This document shows, piece after piece, positions 52,701 through 64,000 of a DNA stretch of 64,000 nucleotides. A model generated the notes under the pieces. That model did not search any database. It worked only from the letters and a program-made list of their open reading frames with translations, and was not told where the DNA came from. Positions within the stretch are counted from its first letter, which is position 1. Every line of letters begins with the position of its first letter. The stretch is taken from positions 2,606,001 through 2,670,000 of the forward strand of contig NW_024704743.1 in assembly GCF_018977255.1 (NCBI RefSeq), given 5' to 3'. The DNA is from Callorhinchus milii. Taxonomy: Eukaryota. The position numbers and the translations under genes are program-made.

Positions 52701-55700
52701 CATTGAACTCCCAGCTGAATGGCCGCCTTCTGCTCTAAATTTCTGCTGTTCTGTGGAGAGATAACTCGACTGCTGACAGATGGTTGGCAGAGAAGTAAGT
52801 GAATAATTCTAGGGTTTGGTGCATGTAGTTAATGCTGAGCCCCAGGGTTCTGTGCTGGTATTGTTTTCCATCTACAATATCGAGTTGGAAATCTCCACAG
52901 AGGAAACGATTTATATAATTTGCTGATGATGCTAAATGAAGGTGTATGTATGTCAAATCACGAGGATTAAAAGCAGAGGGAACCATAGCAGAGAATAGTG
53001 TGGGCAGACAGGTGGCAGATGCAGTTTAACGTTGAGAAATGTGAAGTGGCGTATTTAGGGGAAAAGAACGAAGAGAGGAAGTACACCCTGAACTGAACAT
53101 TATCTGACTCAATGTTATTAAGGAACCGAGTGATCTGGGAGTGTGGACACGCAGATTGTTAGAGCAGAGAACGCAGCCGGAAAAAGGTCATTCATGACAC
53201 ACTGGTTCCACATTGGCGCAAATGTGTAGATGGTGACGGTGGCTTTGTGGGAAAATTGCTGTATTTGGTTTCATTAAAAAAAAGCTTCTTTTGTGTCGAT
53301 GTTTAATGTTTGTAAGTCAACAATTAAAGAATTTTGAGAAAATAGACAGGAGCCATTATTTTTGTGGGTAACGGCTGCTGGTATATTCAGGCACTGAACA
53401 ACAAAAGCAAATTACATTTGTATAGCGCCTTTCACATCAGAGGTGGAACCTAAAGGTGTGGAAGTGGCGTTAAGCTTTTACCAGATGTCAGTTGGACGAT
53501 AGTTGATTTGGTTCACACAGGTTTGGTTGCCTCTGTGTCACATCAGCGTATATTCATAATCAAAACTACAAATTACCGAAATAAAACTATATTAGATCCC
53601 TTTGTCAGCTATTCCCAAAGTCAATGGCAGTGAAGGGTCACAGCAGGAAGCTTGACTTGCAGCATTTGTTCCTCACCACCCTCTGATAGGCTTTATTATT
53701 ATTATTATTATTATTGATTATCACTGAATACTGCAACACAGCCAAGTGTGAGCTGTGGAGTTTGATTACTATCTTCTCAAAGCAAATACGCACAAGCTTG
53801 ATATATTTAGTGACATAAAGAGCTTTGTGTGGAAAGACAACCCTTCTGGTCGAGGGACTCGAGGGCAAATAGTGGCCATGAATCTTCCCAGAAAGACATT
53901 CACGCCCTTGATGAACAAATAAAATGTTAGAAAATAATTTAACAGTAAAACGCTGACACATCGAGGTTTAAATCTCAGTTGAAGCCCATAGTTCTTTGTC
54001 AATCTCCATACATGACCTTTCCAATATCCTGATCTCCACCCTCTCCAAGCTCCAGACATCCAGAACTCCGCAGCCCACACTCCCAACCACACCAGACTCT
54101 GTGAGCCCATTGCCTTTATCCTTGCCCAACTCCGCTGCCTTTGGTGCCTTTGACATAAGTCCCCCAACTACTCTGCCCCACCATCGGAAGGTGAACATTT
54201 AGTCATTTTGTCCCTCGGCCTCACTGAAATCCTGATACACCTTTTGCTGCATATTAGATCCTGTGATCACAAAGCAGTGAAAAACACTGGACAGTCATCA
54301 AAGACTGACAAAAAATGCATCTCGTTAACTTTAAGCAAAACATTCCAAGCACAAAGACTTGGATTCTTCTCTCTGACACTGACTGATAGAAAGTTTAAGG
54401 CGCCTGGTGTTATGTCAGCCATGTGACATGTGCAGAAGGCAATTGGGACTTTGGGGTGAGTTGGGGCTAATCCACGGTTATCAAACAGAAACCCGCTGAC
54501 AAACTGTGAGGGAGGCTGGAGCTTGGAGAGGTTGAATCAGATGCAATGTGAAGTGAACGACACACAGGCAGCAGCTTGGGGAAAGGGCAGGTAATGTAAA
54601 TCAAGCTCCTGTTTCATGACAGTCAATATCCTGTGTTTGCTTTGAGACTTTGCTGTATTTAGCCGTGCGTATTATTGAGACGGTTGGAGTCGTGTGGGGA
54701 GACCAAACTGAGCTAAAGCCATGTGAGGCCGGTGTATGAACATCAGTGAGTGCGCTCTGAACCTCAGGACGCTTCATTAACCTGGTTATTTTCAGCTTGT
54801 GTGTGTGTGTCTTACTCAGCACGCCCACACCCCATATGACTCAGAAACAAATCCCACACAATCCTTTCAGTGGTGTAGATTTAACTCTTACGTCAGTCAC
54901 CCAACACAACACTATCTTTAGCCCAGCAACACACTCTGTTCTGATTACCCTGAATTATTTTTGGTGAAAATGCTCCTCTTAAGTGTTACAATTTACATTT
55001 ATCTGACGACTTTCACATCTCAGAAGCCTGCCTCTCCCTATTAAAGAGACTCAAGCGGACAGAGAGTTGACAGGAAGTGGGGTTCATGAATAGACGATGG
55101 TTAACAACTAACCTGGGGGAGGGGGGCTATTTTGGTGCAGACAGACGTCAGGAAGCATTTCCTGACACAGAGGGAATTAGTGCCTGGAACGGCTGACCAG
55201 GAAGGACAGACCAATTCTCGATTCATTAAAGAAACGGCTCGATGCTGTATTGGCTCTTCAGGTATCATGATAACAATATAATAATCCTTACATTTCATAG
55301 AGTGCCTTTCAAGTCAGGAGGATGTCTCAAAACTCTTTACAGGATATAATAATAATAATATAATAATAATAATAATCGCATTTGATATAGTGGCTTATCA
55401 CATCTTCGAGATGTCTCAAAGCACATCACTAAAGTGAATGAAACATATTTTGTGGGCGAAACACGGCAACCAAATGCGCACAGCAGCGTCCCACAAACAG
55501 TTGTGGATTGAGTGTCCAAATTATTATTATTTTTAAGGGATTATTACCCCCAGAAAAGTGATAGAATGCAAAGTGCAGTGACTGTATTTTGTGGGCAAAT
55601 ACAGCTGGCAATTTGCACACAGCAATATCCGACATACAGCCATGAAGTGAATTACCAATTTGATTTGGGGGATTGTCGGTCAGGAAACCTGGGAGAGAGA

Positions 55701-56766
55701 AACTCCGTCTCTTGTTGAATAGAGGCATGAGATCTTTAATATCTACCTGAAGGCAGGTGGGACCTTGTTAATGTCTCATCCGAAGGACGGCACCTCTGAC
55801 AATGCAGCACATCCCCACCTCAGCATTTGTGTGAGCTCCGAGTCCCGATGTGAGGCTTGAATCCTTCTGACTCGCAGGTGAGAGTGCTGTCGACTGAACC
55901 ATGCTGACATTCTGAAAGATGAGATCAAATGGCTCAAAGGATTTGCTTCCTCCACCCCTCGCCTCTTGCGATTCTGTGAGCTGAACAGATCGTGGAATGT
56001 TACAGAGAGAAACAAGCCGTTAAATCCGCACGGATGGGATTTTTTCTCTTCCTGGTTTATCACCCACATCCCCCGCAGTCACTGTGAAGCGCTCCAGGGC
56101 GCTATCCCGGTGAGGAACTCCATATAAACACACATTGTTGTGATCGGACTGTCATGGAATGCCAGGCCTGAAGTTCCTATTAGTGACCGCCAGGGAGCGG
56201 CGTGCACTATCCAGACAAACCTGACGGAGACCTGAAGTGACCGACTACGATTTGTCAGGTTAGGGATCACAATCCCAATTAGAAAAACCTCTTAACTCTG
56301 ATTACAAATTGGTTGCAATGGGGAAAAAGTTTATACAAAAGCTTTCACGTCTCTAGTTTTTTTTTTGATGTTTGTTTAGGTCAAACGTGGATCTGACAAC
56401 ACGATTAACGGTACCCAAATTAGTCTGACATTTGTGTATCATTTACGCACGTAACTCTCCCTATGTCTGCAATGGGATACGTACTCTCTCCCCAGAGGGA
56501 CACACCCTGTTTACCTAATTCTGGAGAGTATTAGGCACAGGTTGGCAAGATCTCAGAGTGTGTGTTGGGGTAACTGCTGGAGTCTAACCACCTAAAAACA
56601 CACATAACTTGTCATTGAGAGAGAGAGAGAGAGAGAGAGAAAGAGGACGCCATCATTCGCGTTTCCTCCCTCACGCAGGACACTGATCATTCAAAACACT
56701 GAAGTATTGATATTCTATTAATGTCGTATAAACTTCAATGCAGTACATAATTTAGATTTATATGGA

Positions 56767-57132
56767 GTGGAGACCTGTAGCTCAGGGGTTAGAGCCCTCA
56801 CCTCCCAAGCGAGAGGACCTGGGTTTGATTCCCGGGCAGGACAGGGGGAAACGTTGGGTAAGTTTCTTTACTCCACACTGACGCCCTTGTTTACCAGCAG
56901 TAAATAGGAACCCGTTTGTTAATCGATTGGTGGATCACTTTTCTGGGATAATAATTCCTTAAAATAAATATATAAAAAATTGGTCACTCAATCCACGGCG
57001 GTTTGTGGGTGCTGTGTTTCGCCCACAAAAAATATACAGTCAATTCACTTTACAGCGTATTCCGTGAAGTGCTTTGTGACGTCTCGAAGACATATAAGGT
57101 GCTGTATCAAATACAAAGATTATTATTATTAT
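56767..57132 (+). mobile_element. Full-length long-type SINE
   Basis: Head, CORE-like segment and tail. Confidence 0.9.
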
Positions 57133-58789
57133 TTAAAGGGGGAAGAGCAAACAAAGACGAGAAGCAAGATGGACCCAAGGGTAGAAACTGCACCTGGGTC
57201 TCGTTTCATTATATTTTTCCAGAATTTGGCAAATTCTGAAATAACTTATAAAAAAAGCTTCAAAGTTTAGACTAAATTTAACATTATTCCAAGAAAATAG
57301 AGTAAATCTAGAGCCAAGTAGAAGTTCCCCACAGTGTCTGAGCCAACAAGCCCCAGATATAATTGGACCTTCACTTGATGGCTGTTTACGAGACATTGCT
57401 GTGTGCAAATTGGCTGTTGCATTTGTCTACAAATTACCACCGTCCTTAACATCACAGTGAAACTCTGAGATATGTTGACAACGTAATCAGGAGCTGTTTC
57501 AAAAGCAAGGATCATTAATATTATACGCCACCTTAAAGCTTTAAAAATCTGGATTAAAACACTTAATTCACGTCACATGGTTTGAGGGGTAGACTGCAAA
57601 GTTTGTAGATGTACACGGTTTAAATCCAGCACAGGCTAATTGTGTTGAATTGTAGAGGGAAAGACAGTGAGATGACAGTGAGGTGACTAACAGGCTGTGT
57701 GCGATTATCCAGAATTTGTATTCTTGTTGCAAGCTCAGTCTTCACATAGTGTTGAAAGTAATTGAAAGTGCGCAACAGTGAATGTTTCCAACCACATCAG
57801 CTTTAAACCCACTCACTGATCAGCCATTACCTGGAGCCACCTTTCATCTGGACACAACGTTGAATAGAATCTTGTTTTTTTATTATAGATCAAGGAGAGG
57901 GAGGCTAATAAATGCGTCACGTACCGGTTAGAATAAAAATAATCCTCGCAATTGATAAAAATCCCTATAAATCCCAGCTTATCCCGTGTCTGCGGATGAC
58001 ATCCCCAAGAGGGAAGATAAAGAGGAAGAGGAGGGGGCCAAGGATGGAGCCCTGGGGTACACCACAGATGACCGGGCGGTGGTAGGAGGAGAAACCGTTT
58101 GAAGAGATAAAGTGAAGGTGTTTGTTCGGTTGGACTCAAACAATTTGGTCACTCAATCCACGACTGTTTGTGGGACTCTGCTCTGTCCAATTGGCTGCCA
58201 AGTTTCACCCACAAAACATACAGTCAATCCTGTGAAGTGCTGTGAGATGTGATAATGCCCTATGTCAAATACAAGGATTACAATTATTATTGTTCTTGTT
58301 GTTGTTCAGCTTGATCAAGACTTGAATGCAATACAAATAAAACTGCTCAAATTCACTGTCTGTTTGAGCACACGTTGGCTGATGTTTCGTGTAAGATCCT
58401 GTGAAGCTCTTTGAGACATCCACTCGACGTGAAAATATAAAACGTAAGGATTATTATTATTATTGTTATATTATTATTATTAATAATAATGGTGACCGAA
58501 AGATTGTTTGAAAAGCTAGGTCTTAATTGGACTTTAAAGGTGTGGAGCAAAATATATGTTTCTTTGGAGGAAAATTATCAATTCAACATTTAGGAATTCT
58601 TATTCAGTGATCCATGGCAATAAAACTGTTTATCTTGTGTTAAAATTGAAGTGGGCACATGCTGCTAGGCACACTTGAGAAAGTAATTCACAAGTTTAAT
58701 TTAATTTAATTTTCATTACAGAGGCACAACATGACCTTACACACCGTGAATGGAAATGAAAAGAGCAATTATAATCTTTTGTTTCTTTA

Positions 58790-59295
58790 TAATCTCTCTG
58801 ATCGCTGGACTGCGCAGCTCTTCCTCATCCACAACTCTGCAATCCCTGTCCTCCCCATCACCTCAACAACAACAACAACAACAACAACCTCCATCCTCAC
58901 TCACTCCCACTGGCTCCCCATTTCTGTCCTCACCCAAATCAACCTGTCCACTCTCTCCACTCAGTGGGCTCCGGTCTGCTCCATGTCCCCGCCTGGCCCG
59001 CCCCACCCCACCATCGGCGCTCCAACCTTCAGTCTCTCCGCCCCCACCCTTTGGAACTCCATCCCACATTCCCTTCACCTCGCTCCCTCCCCGGCCTCCT
59101 TCAAGGCACGTATCAAGACCCTCCTCTTCGACCCCACCTTCGGCCGCCCTCCTACACCGCCCCTCACCCTCCTCGCCCTCCAACATCCCTTAACCCCAAT
59201 GCCCCCCACTCCAGCTCAGGTCCACATCCCTGCCTGTCCAGCGCCTTGGGACGTTCTCCCGACATGAAAGGTGCCGTGTAAATGTCATTTGGTAT
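58790..59295 (+). mobile_element. L2 LINE 3' fragment with tail and an internal (CAA)n
   Basis: LIHNSA..SILTHSHWLP..APTLWNSIP..FKARIKTLLF, then CCTTGGGACGTTCTCCCGACATGAAAGG. Confidence 0.85.
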
Positions 59296-59869
59296 TGTAT
59301 CTCCACTGGCTACTCATCCCCAGCAAATCAAATTCAAGATCCTCCTCCTCACGTTCAAACTCCTCATCCTATCCTGTTCCACCCTCACCATCACCCACAA
59401 GGTCTCAATTTAATGTCTCATTTAATGCGGATGGCTCACCAAGGGAGAAGCTGGAAGAGCTGGAGTAGAGTTAGTTAGTTAACCCATCGCTCACTAGGCC
59501 AAATCAGTGTGAGGTGCAATATTCTTTACGCAGTGAGGAATATTTCCTTTGTTCCCTACAAACCCACCTCCTTACCAGCGTGTGCTGTCTCAGGGCTGGA
59601 TGTGATGGAGAGTGGAGGCAACATTATGTTATCAGAATCTCTCTAACTTCCTGTTCAAAATGCTCCCCCATAGAATTGCCGTCTCTGTCAAACATACCGG
59701 GCGTGACTTCCAGCGCTGTGTAACTGCTTGGTGGCTGGGAATCGTGCTTGGCTGCGGATGAGAACTTGTTACAGCCAAACTAAGGTCGTGTGGGAGGGGC
59801 TTTTATTACAATCGTGGCTAAAATTGGTGATGCCTCAATAATGTGAAATCCCCTCTCTTTTTTCCTTAT

Positions 59870-60186
59870 ATAATAATAATAATAATAATCCTTATCACCA
59901 CTTCAAGACGTCTCAAAGCGCTTCACAGGAAATACTATAAAGTGTAGGTACTGTATATTTTGTGGGTGAAACACGGCAGCCAATTGCGCACAGCAGCGTC
60001 CCACAAACAGCCGTGGATTGAGCGACCAAATTTATTTATTTTTGAAGGGATTATTACCCCTGGAATCAATCCCCAACCAGGTTCCTACTTACTAGGTAAA
60101 CAGAGGTGTGTGGAGTAAGGAAACTTGTCTACGGTTGCGTTCTGACCGAGATTCGAACCCGGGTCCTCCCGCTCGCGAGGCGAGTA
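59870..60186 (-). mobile_element. Long-type SINE
   Basis: (TAA)n tail, body and reverse-complement B-box. Confidence 0.88.
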
Positions 60187-60597
60187 CCGAGAATAAGGCA
60201 GGTTAGGTTTTGCCTGAGTTTCTTAACAAAGGCAAATTAATAAATAGGGCAGTCATTTCCGAGCCGGGCTTCAAACTGATGCAAGTAAATTAGCACATTA
60301 ATTTGCCGGTGACATTTGAAAATGGAGGCTGTAATTTCAGAATATGAATGAGGGCAGAATTGTGCTGACATGAAAGCAACTCGGGAGGAAGATCATCTTC
60401 TCTCCGTGACAATCTTTCTTTTTAATAAAGATAAGGTCCTTCCTCGTTGGCTATTGACCTTGTTGAGAGAAACTGATGAAATTTATAATCATTGAAGTTA
60501 AAAAGGTTAATACTGGAACTTACTGTGTGACCCAACCTAAGGTCAAACTCTGATTAGAGCAAAAATCTAATTTTTTACAAAATAAATTTAAATGTAT

Positions 60598-61026
60598 GGA
60601 TTTTTATTATTTTTTTCGAAGGGATTATTCCCTCCGGAAAAGCGATCCGCCAATCGACTAACAACCGGGTTCCTACTGACTGCCGGTAAACAGAGCCGTG
60701 TGTGTGTGTGCGTGGAATGAGGAAACTTGCCCAACCTTTCGCCCTGACCTGCCCGGGAATCGAACCCGGGTCCTCTCGCTTGCGAGGCGAGGGCTCTAAC
60801 CACTGAGTGGCCTTATGACATGTGCGAGAGATAGTGTGAGTCTACCAATTGATCAATTTATCATTAAACAATCCACGGCTGTTTGTGGGGACGCTGCTGT
60901 GAACAATCGGCTGCCGGGTTTTGCCCATAAAATATACAGTCAATTCACTTTACAGCGTATCCTGTGAAGCGCTTTGAGACGTCTCGAAGACGTGATAAGG
61001 CGCTGTGTCAAATGCCGGGGTTATTA
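60598..61026. mobile_element. SINE with an inverted 5' half (- strand 60598-60807; + strand 60869-61026)
   Basis: Head and CORE-like part are reverse-complemented while body and tail are forward. Confidence 0.88.
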
Positions 61027-61624
61027 TATTATGTTTTATTGTTATATTTATATTATTATATTGTTGTTATTATATTGTTATTATTATTGTATTGTTAGTA
61101 TGGGGAAACAAACCTGGTCACAAGTCCAGCCTGTGGATGGCTCCAAGCTCCACTTTGTCAATCAGATGGTGTTGCTATGATGCTGTTGCTAGGATCACCG
61201 AATCTCTAGACTCACGAGGAAACGTCTGATGAATTATAGATGGTTGCTCTGTGCTGCCTGATCTGTAATGCAGATAAGCTAAAATTCCAACCCATCCCAT
61301 CTCCCCCACCCCCACCCCCACCATCCTCCCAACCCACTCCTCTCCTCCTCCACCTCCTCCCGTCAATACTCCTGGGTTCATGATAAAAAAATTCCCGAGT
61401 ATTAAATCAGAATGTGCCAATTGTGTTGTCCCTGGTGTCACAACTGCAATACCAGCCTCTCAGGCCAATTGTTATTCAAGAAGATGAAATAAGGCTTTCT
61501 GTCTGCCTCTCGCTCAGACGCCTCTGAGGATTGTTAATGAACTCCCTGACCTTTAAGACTTAAGACAGAAAGGGCATAAATATTGAGAATATCCAGCTAA
61601 AGATTCAGTTAATTCATTCTCCTC

Positions 61625-61850
61625 TGTGTCTGTCTGTGTGTGAGAGGGTGTATGTGTGTGTATGTGGGTGAGTGTGTGTGTGTTTGTGAGTGTGTGTGAG
61701 TGCATGTGTGTGTGTATGTGTTTGTGAGTGTGTGAGAGTGTGTGTATGTTAGTGTATTTTTGTGAGTGTGTGTGAGAGTGTGTGTATGTTAGTGTATGTT
61801 TATGAGTGTGTGTGAGCGTGTGTGCGTGTGAGTAAGTGGGTTATGTGTTT
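61625..61850. repeat. Degenerate (TG)n microsatellite
   Basis: Directly visible. Confidence 0.95.
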
Positions 61851-62138
61851 TGTGAAGTGATGGGTACATTATTGAGCCTAATTCAGATTCCCTCCTCCAC
61901 TGATTCACCCTTTCAGACTACGAGTCCCTTCAATATGGCCTTGTAGCATGTGCGAGAGACAGTGTGAGACTCTCTCTCCCAGTTACTCAGAGCTCTGAAT
62001 CCAGGGATTCAGGTTGTTAAGTAGGAATCTAAAAGTCAAGTTTATGTATTAAATTATTCCAGCCTAAAAGATCTTATGCAGAAGGTGTTTGTTTGAAATT
62101 TTTTTTAAAAAAAAGGTCAGTCTTTCCAGCGAAGCGAG

Positions 62139-62446
62139 GTGGAGTCCTGTAGCTCAGTGGTTAGAGCACTCACTTTGCAAGCGAGAGACCTGAGTTCAAT
62201 TCCAGGCAGAGGGCGAAACCTTGGGCAAGTTTCCTTACTCCACACAGAGCCTAATAATAATCCCTCCAAAACCAAAAACAATAATAAATTGGTCATTTTC
62301 AATCTACGACTGTTTGTGGGACATTGCTGTGCGCAATTGGCTGCCGCGTTCGCCCACAAATATACAGTCAATTCACTTTACAGTGTGTTCCGTGAAGTGC
62401 TTTGGGACGTCCTCCTGACGTGAAAAGCGCTATATCAAATGCAAGG

Positions 62447-62493
<47 letters not shown>
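62139..62493 (+). mobile_element. Full-length short-type SINE with a long (TTA)n tail
   Basis: Intact A/B boxes and ~15 TTA units. Confidence 0.94.
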
Positions 62494-62494
<1 letters not shown>

Positions 62495-63694
62495 ATCGCG
62501 CTTCGCAAAACACAAACCTGCTTTTCATCAATTACTTAATCCTTAAACCGATACTTGTTAAAAACCCGGAATTCCCAGGTTCCTAAAGGTTGGATGTGTT
62601 GAAGGTAAAATCGTCCACACAATCGCCAGGAACACCGGGTGAAGAAGCGACAAATAACCCGAACTGCTGCCCTGCATGACGTCCTTACACACTGTTTGTA
62701 CGGGAACCCGGTTGTTAGTCGATTGACGGATCACTTTTCCGGGGATAGTAATCCCACGACTGTTTGTCGGGACGCTGCTGTGCGCAATTGGCTGCAGAAT
62801 TTCGCCCACAAAATACACAGTCACTACACTTTACAGAGCGCTTTGTGACGTGATAAGGAGTGTTATCAAATTATTATTTATTATCTGCTTTAAAACAGGC
62901 AGTGGCTTCTATTGAAGAGGGCTACAGTGGTTTATAATTGGCAGGGGACAGAATTCCCGTTAGGGGACACAAGTTGTCCAGATTCTGCGAGTCTAGCTGT
63001 CTCCGGAACAAAAAAAAATCAGTGATACATATTTATGACATTCAAGAAGCCGCAGAGCTTTGTAAATAGAATGATTTTCTCGCAGGACCTAATGGCTGTT
63101 TTTTAGGGACATTGCTGCGTGCAAATTGGTTGCCCCGTTTCTCCTACAAAATAGGCCGTCACTACAGATTACTGCAAATACTGGGAAGTGCTTTGAGATG
63201 CCACCGTGACATGAAAGGCAGAATATCAATCGCACGATTATTATTTTTTTATTTATTTAGTTATTTGTCTATTTATTATTTATTTAGTTAGTTATTTGTT
63301 TATTTATTATTAACTTTACTGTGTGCTTTTTTTAGATCGTGTGAGATTTCATCATCATCATCATCACATAATAATCCTTGCATTTTATGTAGCATCAAAC
63401 ACCTCCAAGTGCTTCACTGGAAGGGCCAACCAGTCATTGTGGGGGCAGGTAATCCTCCCCCTCAGCTCATGTTAACCCTAGAGCCAAAGCCCTAACCAAC
63501 GGGGAGGGTGGTCCTCGCTGGACAAGCAGCGGGAAAGCTTGGCCAGACAGTGATATCAATGGCAAACTACGTGGTTTTAGCTGGTTAGACTCCAGCAGTT
63601 ACCCCAACACACACTCTGGGCTCCCCCCAAGCCTTGCTCTTGACCTGTGTCTAATACTCTCTGGAAGAATTAGGTTAGCGGGAAGCGTCCCTCC

Positions 63695-63729
<35 letters not shown>

Positions 63730-64000
63730 ACGCATTCCATTTCAACAATCTATCTCTGGGATTTCCATGTGTAGGTGGGAGGCGGGAATTCTCAGCTTGG
63801 TCTGGAGACTGTGAAGCAATGGTGATGGATTTCCACCCGTGTCAGACACCCGGACGACCAAAAAAAACTCTTACAATAAAATCCTGTGTAGAGCTTTGAG
63901 GCATTTCAATAACAAGATAAGATCAGGTGCTATAACCAAAGCCAAGGACGGTTGCTGTTATCAGCTTGATCAGGTCTGAAACAAACTCGTGCTGTAATGA

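Noticed and set aside
62141..62212. tRNA-Ala(TGC)-like genes here and at ~902, 27771 and 37049
   Set aside because: These are SINE heads, continuous with the SINE body and tail and lacking a proper acceptor stem.
50000..64000. Exons of a neighbouring gene (PTPRN2 expected on the - strand from human synteny)
   Set aside because: I could not find a PTP-domain or C-terminal peptide in the ORF track or by eye.

Overview
Vertebrate genomic DNA. The repeat content (tRNA-headed SINEs with Deu-SINE-type tails, CR1 and L2 LINE relics, a shark-type palindromic repeat) suggests a cartilaginous fish, possibly a chimaera; this is inference. The window holds one complete gene on the + strand, DNAJB6 (Hsp40/J-domain co-chaperone). 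It has a CpG/GC-box promoter and non-coding exon 1 at ~5.0-5.2 kb and coding exons 2-8 at 14.4-24.3 kb. The short 'b' isoform (235 aa) reads through the exon-8 donor; the long 'a' isoform (321 aa) uses exons 9-10 at 46.7 and 49.3 kb after a ~22 kb intron. All splice sites are GT-AG and in phase. The rest is intronic or intergenic DNA rich in retroposons. Almost all ORFs in the supplied track are SINE/LINE-derived or low-complexity artefacts. I found no novel protein-coding system. The most unusual structures are: a 137-bp near-perfect unique-sequence inverted repeat in intron 8; local templated duplications glued to SINE junctions; a twin-priming-like inverted SINE; a SINE subfamily whose 3' stem-loop matches the local L2 LINE; a candidate non-autonomous Helitron; and a candidate extra exon in intron 8. 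Human exon sizes and sequences used for comparison are recalled, not looked up.
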